Of a stretch of 64,000 nucleotides of DNA, positions 57,043 through 64,000 are shown one piece after another; within the stretch, counting starts at the first letter, position 1, and every line of letters starts with the position of its first letter. The position numbers were made by a program, and so were the translations under genes. Where the stretch lies: contig JBEBBE010000024.1 of NCBI GenBank assembly GCA_041158525.1, positions 986-64,985 of the forward strand, given 5' to 3'. The notes under the pieces are model-generated. The model saw only the letters and a list, made by a program, of their open reading frames with translations. It ran no database searches and was not told the origin of the DNA. This DNA comes from Bacteroidota bacterium. GTDB taxonomy: Bacteria > Bacteroidota > Bacteroidia > Flavobacteriales_D > Crocinitomicaceae.

Positions 57043-58902
57043 ATGAATTTTCTTTCAGTCGAACAGCTCACCAAATCATATGGTGAAAGACTTTTATTTT
57101 CAGAATTAACCTTTGGCATTGAACAAGGCCAAAAAGCAGCCATTGTTGCAAAAAATGGCTCTGGTAAAACGACGCTTTTACGTTGCTTGTTGGGTAAAGA
57201 GCCCACAGATTCGGGCAGTATTACTTTTCGAAAAGAACTGCGCATTGCGTTTATGGAGCAAACCGAAGACCTCGATCCTGAACTCAGTGTTTTAGACGCG
57301 GTTTTAGCCCATGATTTACCCGAGATTCAGTTAGTCAAGTCATATAACGACGCCTTGGCAGCCAACGACGAAGAAAAGTTAGGCGTTTTATACCAAGCAC
57401 TGACAGAACACCAAGCCTGGGACCTCGAAGTCAAAGTGCAGCAAATCTTGTCTGTACTTAAACTCAAAGACCTCAAGCAAAAAGTAGGCGCACTTTCAGG
57501 AGGGCAAAAGAAAAGAGTTGCGTTAGCCAAAGTGTTGTTGGCCGAGGCCGAATTTTTAATCCTAGATGAACCTACGAACCACCTTGATCTAGACATGATT
57601 GAGTGGCTTGAAAATTACTTATCTGCTTCTCAACTTACCATCTTGATGGTGACCCACGACCGCTACTTTTTAGAGGTCGTTTGTGATACTATTTTTGAGT
57701 TAGCAGATCAAACAATTTATCGCTACAAAGGCAACTTTTCTTATTATCTCGAGAAAAAAGCTGAGCGCGAAGATCAGTTACAGGCAACTATTGAAAAAGC
57801 GAAAAACACTTTTCGCAAAGAACTGGACTGGATCAGGCGTCAACCCAAAGCAAGGGGAACCAAACAAAAGGCTCGCGTAGATGCTTTTTCTGATTTAAAG
57901 AAAGTAGCGACACAAAGACTCGATGAAGATGAGCTTGAATTGCCCATCAAAATGGAAAGGCTCGGCACTAAAATTGTCGAGTTTCATAAGGTCTCAAAAT
58001 CTTTTGATGAGCTCGTTATCCTAGATGACTTCAGTTATCATTTCCAAAGGCAAGAGCGCTTGGGTATCGTTGGTAACAACGGCACGGGCAAAACCAGTTT
58101 TCTCAAACTCCTAACAGGTGGCATAGAACCCGATAAAGGCAAGATTGTCATTGGTGAAACTGTTGTTTTTGGCTATTATTCTCAGGACCTGATTGAAGTC
58201 GATCCGGACATGAAAGTGATAGATGTTGTTCGGGAAGTAGCAGAATTCATACCGCTAGAAAAAGGCAGACAGCTGAGCGCTGCACAATTGCTCGAACGAT
58301 TCTTGTTTCCAAGAGACATGCATTACCATTTTGTACACAAACTGAGTGGTGGTGAAAAACGCAGGTTAAAGTTATTGCGTGTCTTGATGCTGAATCCGAA
58401 CTTTTTGATCCTCGATGAGCCCACCAATGACCTCGATATCTTTGCGATGTCTGTTTTGGAGGACTACCTCAGACAGTTTCAGGGCAGCCTTATTGTGGTT
58501 TCCCATGACCGCTATTTCATGGATAAAATGGTAGATCACTTGTTCGTTTTTCAAGGCAAAGGCAAAATCAAAGACCTTGTTGGGAATTATCATGTTTACA
58601 GAAATAGCCTACAAGAAGCGCAACGACAGCAGAAGCAAGAAGCTAAGCCTACAGATGCTGCGCCTAGCCCACAGGTTTCGGAAAAACAACGTAAAATGTC
58701 TTTCAAGGAGAAGCAAGAATTCGAGCAAATTGAAAAGCAACTGCCTCAACTAGAACAGGAGAAGGAAGCCCTTACCGCAGACCTTTCTAGCGGAACCTTG
58801 TCCAATGAAGCCCTTCAACAAAAAGGCGAGCAGTTGGGCAAACTCGTGGATCAGATTGACGAACTCACGATGCGTTGGCTGGAGCTATCTGAATTAGCTT
58901 AA
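57043..58902 (+). CDS. ABC-F family ATPase (two ABC domains, no TM domain)
   Basis: Two Walker A sites (AKNGSGKTT, GNNGTGKTS), two signatures (LSGGQKKR, LSGGEKRR), a linker, and a C-terminal coiled coil. Confidence 0.9.
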   Translation: MNFLSVEQLTKSYGERLLFSELTFGIEQGQKAAIVAKNGSGKTTLLRCLLGKEPTDSGSITFRKELRIAFMEQTEDLDPELSVLDAVLAHDLPEIQLVKSYNDALAANDEEKLGVLYQALTEHQAWDLEVKVQQILSVLKLKDLKQKVGALSGGQKKRVALAKVLLAEAEFLILDEPTNHLDLDMIEWLENYLSASQLTILMVTHDRYFLEVVCDTIFELADQTIYRYKGNFSYYLEKKAEREDQLQATIEKAKNTFRKELDWIRRQPKARGTKQKARVDAFSDLKKVATQRLDEDELELPIKMERLGTKIVEFHKVSKSFDELVILDDFSYHFQRQERLGIVGNNGTGKTSFLKLLTGGIEPDKGKIVIGETVVFGYYSQDLIEVDPDMKVIDVVREVAEFIPLEKGRQLSAAQLLERFLFPRDMHYHFVHKLSGGEKRRLKLLRVLMLNPNFLILDEPTNDLDIFAMSVLEDYLRQFQGSLIVVSHDRYFMDKMVDHLFVFQGKGKIKDLVGNYHVYRNSLQEAQRQQKQEAKPTDAAPSPQVSEKQRKMSFKEKQEFEQIEKQLPQLEQEKEALTADLSSGTLSNEALQQKGEQLGKLVDQIDELTMRWLELSELA

Positions 58903-60069
58903 GATATTTTGCTCTTTGCCAAATTGACGGTAAGATAACATGACTGCTAAGCCGGCAATCAGTAACATAACACTGAATACACTTAAGAAATAACCGATGC
59001 TTAAGGTTCCGGCAATCAGTTCTTTGGTTGCCAAAACTACATTGATCACCGGAATAAATGCGGTGCTCAGATCGAGTTCTATCCCTGGAAAAAATCCAAT
59101 CATGGCAGGTAAAACCATGATAATGTTTAAAGGAGTGATTATACTTTGTGCCTCCTTAAAGCTTTTTGCATAAATAGCAATTGGGATCATCACCCCTGCA
59201 AAAAATACAACCAAAGGGAGTAGCAAAGCCAACATGGAAAGAATAAATGGCAAACTCAATATTCCGTGAATAACATCTAAAATTTCTTTATTGGCGCCAA
59301 GATCTAGGAATTCGATGGAGATAAACAGACCCAATAAGGAGCAGCTGGCAGCTAACATTCCTGAACTCACAACTACTAGCATCTTTCCGAGTAGAATTTT
59401 CCAACGAGACACCGGTGTGGTGAGCAGCGTTTCAATAGTTCCTCGCTCTTTTTCACCGGTGAATAAATCGATTGCAGGATACATACAGCCAATAAAACCA
59501 AATGCGATAAAAATGTAGGGTAAGAAGCCACCAGCCATTTTTCCAATCATTTTTTCATTGGAGGCGCAGTTATTATAATTGGCTTTAACCGGTTCAATTT
59601 CCTGAATCCGAATACCCAATGCTTTGAGTCTTTTTTGCTGTTCTATTGATTCAATCGCGGCGTTAAACGCTTCTGCCCTTTCTGGTCTACCGACCTCGGT
59701 GGCATCAAATTGCCAGTCAAGGATCAGTGTTTTTTGATCAGCAGTGTAATGATGGTACAAACCAAGGTCTATGCTTTGAGCCTTTACGTCTTTGTCTAGT
59801 TTCAAAGAATCAGAATAGATTACAACTGTTTTTTTACCGAGGCTTTCTGGTAAGAGCTGCAGTTGTTGTTTGAGCTGTTGACTGTTTGTTCCGAATACGC
59901 CAACTTTTAGAGCTTTTTGTTGCTCATCCTCCTCAAATGATTTTGAAATCTCTACAAATACGTTGAGCGTTATCGGGAAGACCAAAATCGGTATCACGAG
60001 CATGGTCATGAGCGTTCTGCGGTCGCGAAGGGTGTCGAGTAGTTCTTTGCGGAAAATGCGAAAAATCAT
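58894..60069 (-). CDS. ABC-2 type transporter permease (NatB-like)
   Basis: TM1, then a ~130-aa extracytoplasmic loop, then 5 TM helices. It overlaps the ATPase gene by 4 nt. Confidence 0.8.
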   Translation of the reverse strand: MIFRIFRKELLDTLRDRRTLMTMLVIPILVFPITLNVFVEISKSFEEDEQQKALKVGVFGTNSQQLKQQLQLLPESLGKKTVVIYSDSLKLDKDVKAQSIDLGLYHHYTADQKTLILDWQFDATEVGRPERAEAFNAAIESIEQQKRLKALGIRIQEIEPVKANYNNCASNEKMIGKMAGGFLPYIFIAFGFIGCMYPAIDLFTGEKERGTIETLLTTPVSRWKILLGKMLVVVSSGMLAASCSLLGLFISIEFLDLGANKEILDVIHGILSLPFILSMLALLLPLVVFFAGVMIPIAIYAKSFKEAQSIITPLNIIMVLPAMIGFFPGIELDLSTAFIPVINVVLATKELIAGTLSIGYFLSVFSVMLLIAGLAVMLSYRQFGKEQNILS

Positions 60070-60839
60070 TGTGCTGGATTTTGAGTTTGAACAATACGAA
60101 TGAATTCTTCGGTCAAGTTTTTTGTTTGCATTTGCGCCTTGAATTCTTCCATCGTGCCTTGATACTTAAGTTCGCCTTTATGAATGATAGCGAGGTCATC
60201 ACAGAGGAGGTCAACCTCACTCATGATATGACTCGAGAAAATCACGGTTTTTCCTTGATCTTTACAAGAACGGATGAGTTTGATGATATTCTCGGCGGTA
60301 ATGACATCAAGGCCGCTCGTGGGCTCATCAAAAATAACTACCTCAGGGTCATGAATCATGGTGCGGCAGATGGAGACCTTCTGCTTCATGCCGGTACTCA
60401 GTTTTCCGATTCTTTGATGTAAGAAATCGTTCATGTTGAGCAGCTCAAATAATGCTACTTTGCGTTTTTCACGCGTATTTGGTTCAACCTCGTAGAGGTC
60501 AGCATAGTAGTCAATGAGTTCAATTGGGGTAAGTCTTGCGTACAAACCGGTGGAGCCGGTTAAAAACCCAATGTGTTTGCGTGCTTCTTCAGGATGTGCA
60601 AGCGCGTCAATTCCTTGAATTTGAATTTGACCACTACTAGGTTTGACCAAAGTAGCAAGCATGCGTAAAGTAGTGGTTTTCCCTGCTCCGTTAGGCCCAA
60701 GTAAAGAAAACACCCTGCCTGGTTGACATTCAAATGAGATATCTTTGACAGCGTTAGCTGTTTTTGCTTGCGTTTGCAATTCTTTGCGTTGCTGCTTCGT
60801 TAATTCGAAGGTTTTGGAAAGGTGTTGTACAGAAATCAT
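60066..60839 (-). CDS. ABC transporter ATP-binding protein (NatA-like)
   Basis: Walker A GPNGAGKTT, signature LSTGMKQK, Walker B VVIFDEPTSGLD. Confidence 0.9.
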   Translation of the reverse strand: MISVQHLSKTFELTKQQRKELQTQAKTANAVKDISFECQPGRVFSLLGPNGAGKTTTLRMLATLVKPSSGQIQIQGIDALAHPEEARKHIGFLTGSTGLYARLTPIELIDYYADLYEVEPNTREKRKVALFELLNMNDFLHQRIGKLSTGMKQKVSICRTMIHDPEVVIFDEPTSGLDVITAENIIKLIRSCKDQGKTVIFSSHIMSEVDLLCDDLAIIHKGELKYQGTMEEFKAQMQTKNLTEEFIRIVQTQNPAQ

Positions 60840-60851
60840 AGGCTAAATGAA

Positions 60852-60877
60852 GACGGTTTGTAAGCCAAGTAGTTACA
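60852..60877 (-). promoter_or_regulatory. Third copy of the ECF-type promoter TGTAAC-N16-CGTC, upstream of the ABC-2 exporter operon
   Basis: The minus strand reads CTGTAACTACTTGGCTTACAAACCGTCTTC, 12 nt before the ATG at 60839. It shares the CGTCTTC -10 region with the copy at 26899. Confidence 0.5.
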
Positions 60878-60888
60878 GGAAGGCAGGC

Positions 60889-61965
60889 TTAAAATTTAAG
60901 AGCGCGCTCATTGGGCGCAATGGCTTTGTTTTTATTGGCAAGCTGTCCGCAAGCTGCGTCAATATCTTTACCTCGGCTTCGGCGCACATTGACAATCAGG
61001 TTTAAGGACTCTAAGAACTGGGCGAAGGCCTCTACTTTTCTGGCATCGGCTTGTTGGTATTTACCGTCATCGATCGGGTTGTACTCGATGATGTTGATTT
61101 TGCAAGGCACGCACTTTGCGAATTGAGCTAGCTCGCGAGCATCGCTGAGGTCGTCATTGAAATCTTTGAAGATGATGTATTCAAAGGTGACACGGGAGCC
61201 AGTTTTTTCATGGAAATATTGCAAGGCCTCGGCTAAACTCTCAAGGTTGTTGCTTTCATTGATTTCCATGATTTCGTTGCGCTTGATATCATTGGCAGCG
61301 TGCAACGAAAGTGCTAAATTGAATTTGACTTCGTCATCACCCAATTTTTTGATCATTTTGGAGATGCCAGCCGTTGAAACAGTGATGCGCTTCGGAGAAA
61401 TTCCTAGCCCGTCAGGGCTGCAAAGGCGGTCGACAGAACGCAATACGTTTTTGTAGTTGAGCAGTGGCTCACCCATGCCCATATAGACGATGTTGCTGAG
61501 GTTCTGTTGGTAATGGGTCTGTGCTTGTTGTTGGAGATAAACCACTTGATCGACGATTTCACCGGCGCTGAGGTTCCGCATGAGTTTGAGCCGCCCAGTT
61601 GCACAAAATTGACAAGACAAACTACAGCCAACCTGTGAAGAAATACAGGCAGTCATGCGTGAACTTGTTGGGATGAGTACGCCCTCAATTACTTTTCCTT
61701 CCTCAATGCTAAAAGCACTTTTGATGGTGCGGTCTTTACTGATTTGTTGATCTTGAAGCGTGATGTGATCAATGAAGAATTGCTTGGAAAGCATATCGCG
61801 CAGCCCAATGCTCAGGCTACTCATTTGGGCAAAGCTGTGTGCATTTTTTTGCCAAAGCCATTCCCAAACTTGTTTGGCTCGAAAAGGCTTTTCGCCAAGT
61901 TCGATAAAACATGCTTTCAGTTCTTCTAAAGAAAGGTCGCGGATGTTTTTAAGCTCCGTGGACAT
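60889..61965 (-). CDS. rlmN: 23S rRNA/tRNA (adenine-C2)-methyltransferase RlmN (radical SAM)
   Basis: FRAKQVWEWLW N-terminal motif, radical SAM cluster CSLSCQFCATG, and the conserved C-terminal DIDAACGQL. Confidence 0.95.
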   Translation of the reverse strand: MSTELKNIRDLSLEELKACFIELGEKPFRAKQVWEWLWQKNAHSFAQMSSLSIGLRDMLSKQFFIDHITLQDQQISKDRTIKSAFSIEEGKVIEGVLIPTSSRMTACISSQVGCSLSCQFCATGRLKLMRNLSAGEIVDQVVYLQQQAQTHYQQNLSNIVYMGMGEPLLNYKNVLRSVDRLCSPDGLGISPKRITVSTAGISKMIKKLGDDEVKFNLALSLHAANDIKRNEIMEINESNNLESLAEALQYFHEKTGSRVTFEYIIFKDFNDDLSDARELAQFAKCVPCKINIIEYNPIDDGKYQQADARKVEAFAQFLESLNLIVNVRRSRGKDIDAACGQLANKNKAIAPNERALKF

Positions 61966-61968
61966 TGT

Positions 61969-63087
61969 TTAGCGATTCAGCATCACTGGCATGACCAACA
62001 TCAGGATATCTTCATGGGCATTTTCTTGCGTTGCCGGAGTTAATAAACCTGCACGGCTAGGCTCGCTCATGGATAACTTGATTTCGTCGGCATCGATGTT
62101 GCTGAGCATTTCTAGTAGGAAACGCGAGTTGAACCCGATTTCGAGGTCATCACCGTCGTAGTTACAAGTGAGTCTTTCAGTAGCTTCGTTAGCGAAGTCG
62201 ATGTCTTCGGCAAACAAAGAAAGCTCAGATCCTGTAAGTTTGAGGCGAATTTGATGCGTGGTTTTGTTAGAGAAAATTGATACACGCTTGATCGAAGAAA
62301 GAAATTGAGCGCGGTCAATGGTGAGTACATTTGGATTCTCTTTTGGGATAACGGCTTCGTAGTTCGGGTATTTGCCATCGATAAGGCGGCAAACTAAAAC
62401 GAGGTCATTGAAGGTGAATACGGCGTTTGATTCGTTGTATTCCATTGTGATTTCTTCGTCACCGCGAAGATTCGATTTCAAGAGATTGAGTGGCTTTTTT
62501 GGTAAAATAAAAGCCGAACTTCCGCTAGCTTCAGCATCGGTTCTTTTGTAACGCACAAGTTTGTGAGCATCTGTAGCCACAAATGTGATTTCGGTTCCGG
62601 AAAACTGGCAGAATACACCGCTCATGACAGGGCGAAGGTCGTCATTGCCGGTAGCAAAAAGAGTTTTGTTAATGGCTTTTGATAAAACAGCTCCAGAAAG
62701 TTTGATAGCGCTTTTATTGGCTAATTCAGGAACTTTAGGGAATTCGTCTCCGTTGAAGCCAACCATTCTTGATTTACCGTTGTCGTAGGCGATTTCAATT
62801 TGGTAATTGCTGGCGTTGACCTTAAAGGTACAAGGTTGATCTGGTAAATTTTTAAGGACGTCAAGCAATAATTTTGCTGGAATTGCAATTTTGCCATTTT
62901 CTTCGGATTGCACCTCGAGTTTAGTCATCATGGTGGTTTCGAGGTCTGAAATTGAGGCAGTCAAGATGCCGTCTTGAATTTCAAATAAGAAATTATCTAA
63001 GATAGGCAAGGTGTTGCTTGTGTTTAAGACACCAGAAATACTTTGAAGATGACGTAAGAGTGTTGTACTAGAGGCAATGAAATTCAT
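61969..63087 (-). CDS. dnaN: DNA polymerase III beta sliding clamp
   Basis: 372 aa with a three-domain clamp pattern: MNFIASSTTLLRHLQSISGV..., LPILDNFLFE, ATDAHKLV, and C-terminal MLVMPVML. Confidence 0.93.
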   Translation of the reverse strand: MNFIASSTTLLRHLQSISGVLNTSNTLPILDNFLFEIQDGILTASISDLETTMMTKLEVQSEENGKIAIPAKLLLDVLKNLPDQPCTFKVNASNYQIEIAYDNGKSRMVGFNGDEFPKVPELANKSAIKLSGAVLSKAINKTLFATGNDDLRPVMSGVFCQFSGTEITFVATDAHKLVRYKRTDAEASGSSAFILPKKPLNLLKSNLRGDEEITMEYNESNAVFTFNDLVLVCRLIDGKYPNYEAVIPKENPNVLTIDRAQFLSSIKRVSIFSNKTTHQIRLKLTGSELSLFAEDIDFANEATERLTCNYDGDDLEIGFNSRFLLEMLSNIDADEIKLSMSEPSRAGLLTPATQENAHEDILMLVMPVMLNR

Positions 63088-63104
63088 AGCAAAAAATTTG
63101 TTTA

Positions 63105-63112
63105 CAAAGTTA
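63105..63112 (-). promoter_or_regulatory. Candidate -7 box (TAACTTTG) upstream of dnaN
   Basis: TAnnTTTG on the minus strand, 17 nt before the dnaN ATG. Confidence 0.35.
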
Positions 63113-63149
63113 ACATTTCAGATGAATTTGACGCTGATTTTAAGCAGAC

Positions 63150-63461
63150 TTATACAAACTTCCTACGTAAATACACCTTCAAAGCTTCTCGGTGCAAGAT
63201 GACTTCAGCTAATTTTTGATGATATGCTTGTCCAGATTGTAAATCCCAATCAATTTCAGGGACATCAATAAGGTAAAGTAGCTGCTGCAGTTGAATTTGT
63301 GGTAAATTTTGAATGGCAGTTTCAATCTCAAATAAAAGATCGTTCGCTACAAACTTTACCTCAACCTGAGCGCGGTCAAAATCTTTTTGAAGTTGTAGAA
63401 GGGTTTGTTCCCGGAAATCGGGAAGTGAAAGTGCCTCTTGAAGTTGTTGGATATCGAGCAA
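63150..63461 (-). CDS. Hypothetical protein (no Met codon anywhere in the ORF; TTG start inferred)
   Basis: It is the only sizeable ORF in an otherwise unoccupied 370-nt interval of a very compact genome. Its Q/L-rich helical composition looks protein-like. The start codon is uncertain. Confidence 0.4.
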   Translation of the reverse strand: MLDIQQLQEALSLPDFREQTLLQLQKDFDRAQVEVKFVANDLLFEIETAIQNLPQIQLQQLLYLIDVPEIDWDLQSGQAYHQKLAEVILHREALKVYLRRKFV

Positions 63462-63476
63462 CTCAGTTTGTTTTGT

Positions 63477-63484
63477 TAGTTTTG
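63477..63484 (+). promoter_or_regulatory. Candidate -7 box (TAGTTTTG) upstream of the sugar transferase gene
   Basis: TAnnTTTG, 15 nt before the ATG at 63500. Confidence 0.35.
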
Positions 63485-63499
63485 TTTCACTAAGTTACG

Positions 63500-64000
63500 A
63501 TGAAAAGAGCCTTTGATATTCTTGTTTCGCTAATTGTTTTGCTTCTTTTTTTTCCGCTAGGTCTTGTTTTGGCCATTTGGATTAAGTTAGAATCGAAAGG
63601 AGGCGTATTCTACCTACAAGAAAGAGTTGGAAAAAATGGCCATCATTTCAAATTGATCAAATTCAGATCCATGCGCCCTAATGCCGAGCTGAGTAGCCAA
63701 CTTACTGTAGGCGCCAGAGATCCGAGAATTACGCGAGCCGGATATTTTATCAGAAGGTTCAAACTCGATGAGTTCCCTCAGTTCATCAATGTTTTGATCG
63801 GGCAAATGAGCATTGTTGGTCCAAGACCTGAAGTGCCTTTTTATGTAGCGCTCTATAATGAGGCTCAGAGAAAAATCTTAGATGTTAAACCCGGAATTAC
63901 CGATTACGCAAGCATTGAGTACTATTATGAAAATGAAATTTTAGCCGCCGCTTCAGATCCACAAAAAGCCTATATTGAGCAAATTATGCCGGCAAAAATC
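63500..64000 (+). CDS. Bacterial sugar transferase (undecaprenyl-phosphate hexose-1-phosphate transferase family); 3' end outside the window
   Basis: This ORF is not in the track because it has no stop inside the window. My own translation gives [63 protein letters not shown]...[22 protein letters not shown], the PF02397 signature. Confidence 0.88.
   Translation, partial: [167 protein letters not shown]

Noticed and set aside
61969-63149. dnaN neighbourhood as a possible replication origin
   Set aside because: There is no dnaA gene, no TTATCCACA-type DnaA boxes and no AT-rich unwinding element in the 62-nt upstream gap. dnaN is simply followed by rlmN.
1-64000. Search for CRISPR arrays, long direct or inverted repeats, integrases, transposases, prophage or defence-island signatures
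   Set aside because: No repeat-spacer structure and no recognisable mobile-element or phage genes. No intergenic gap longer than ~145 nt is unaccounted for. The tRNA-Arg is not flanked by an integrase.

Overview
This is a very compact chromosomal segment of about 57 protein genes with almost no non-coding DNA. It looks like a Bacteroidota genome, probably Flavobacteriia-like. Three things support that: a porP-gldK-gldL-gldM-gldN type IX secretion (T9SS)/gliding core operon, four proteins carrying T9SS C-terminal sorting domains, and many TAnnTTTG (-7) promoter boxes. I cannot name the species from the sequence alone.

The remaining genes are mostly housekeeping: recA, trxA, bcp, the membrane pyrophosphatase hppA, Mrp/NifU Fe-S carriers, rlmH, menC, yidD, RNase P RNA, miaE, kbl, aroC, rlmN and dnaN, plus one tRNA-Arg(CCU). 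There is also a LytS/LytTR two-component pair, a pair of amidohydrolase genes, a SulP transporter with a beta-carbonic anhydrase, a large DUF4011-type SF1 helicase, and an ABC-2 exporter.

I saw no CRISPR array, integrase, transposase, prophage or obvious defence island.

The most interesting signal not explained by ordinary annotation is an ECF-type promoter, TGTAAC-N16-CGTC. It occurs exactly three times, each time in an intergenic gap facing a start codon. It links an ECF sigma/anti-sigma operon, an adjacent outer-membrane beta-barrel gene, and an ABC-2 exporter about 32 kb away into one candidate regulon.

Other points worth a second look:
- All four GldKLMN proteins appear enlarged, with a large insertion in GldK.
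- The amidohydrolase pair contains three amidohydrolase-like modules, and only one keeps the HxH metal motif.
- hppA ends in a Cys-rich heptad-repeat tail.
- A tRNA contains the stop codon of the upstream gene.
- An alkyltransferase-like protein has PAHRV in place of PCHRV.
- Several genes have a -7 box only 4-5 nt from the start codon, which predicts leaderless mRNAs.

All calls rest on reading the translated ORFs and the DNA by eye. No database search or computation was run.
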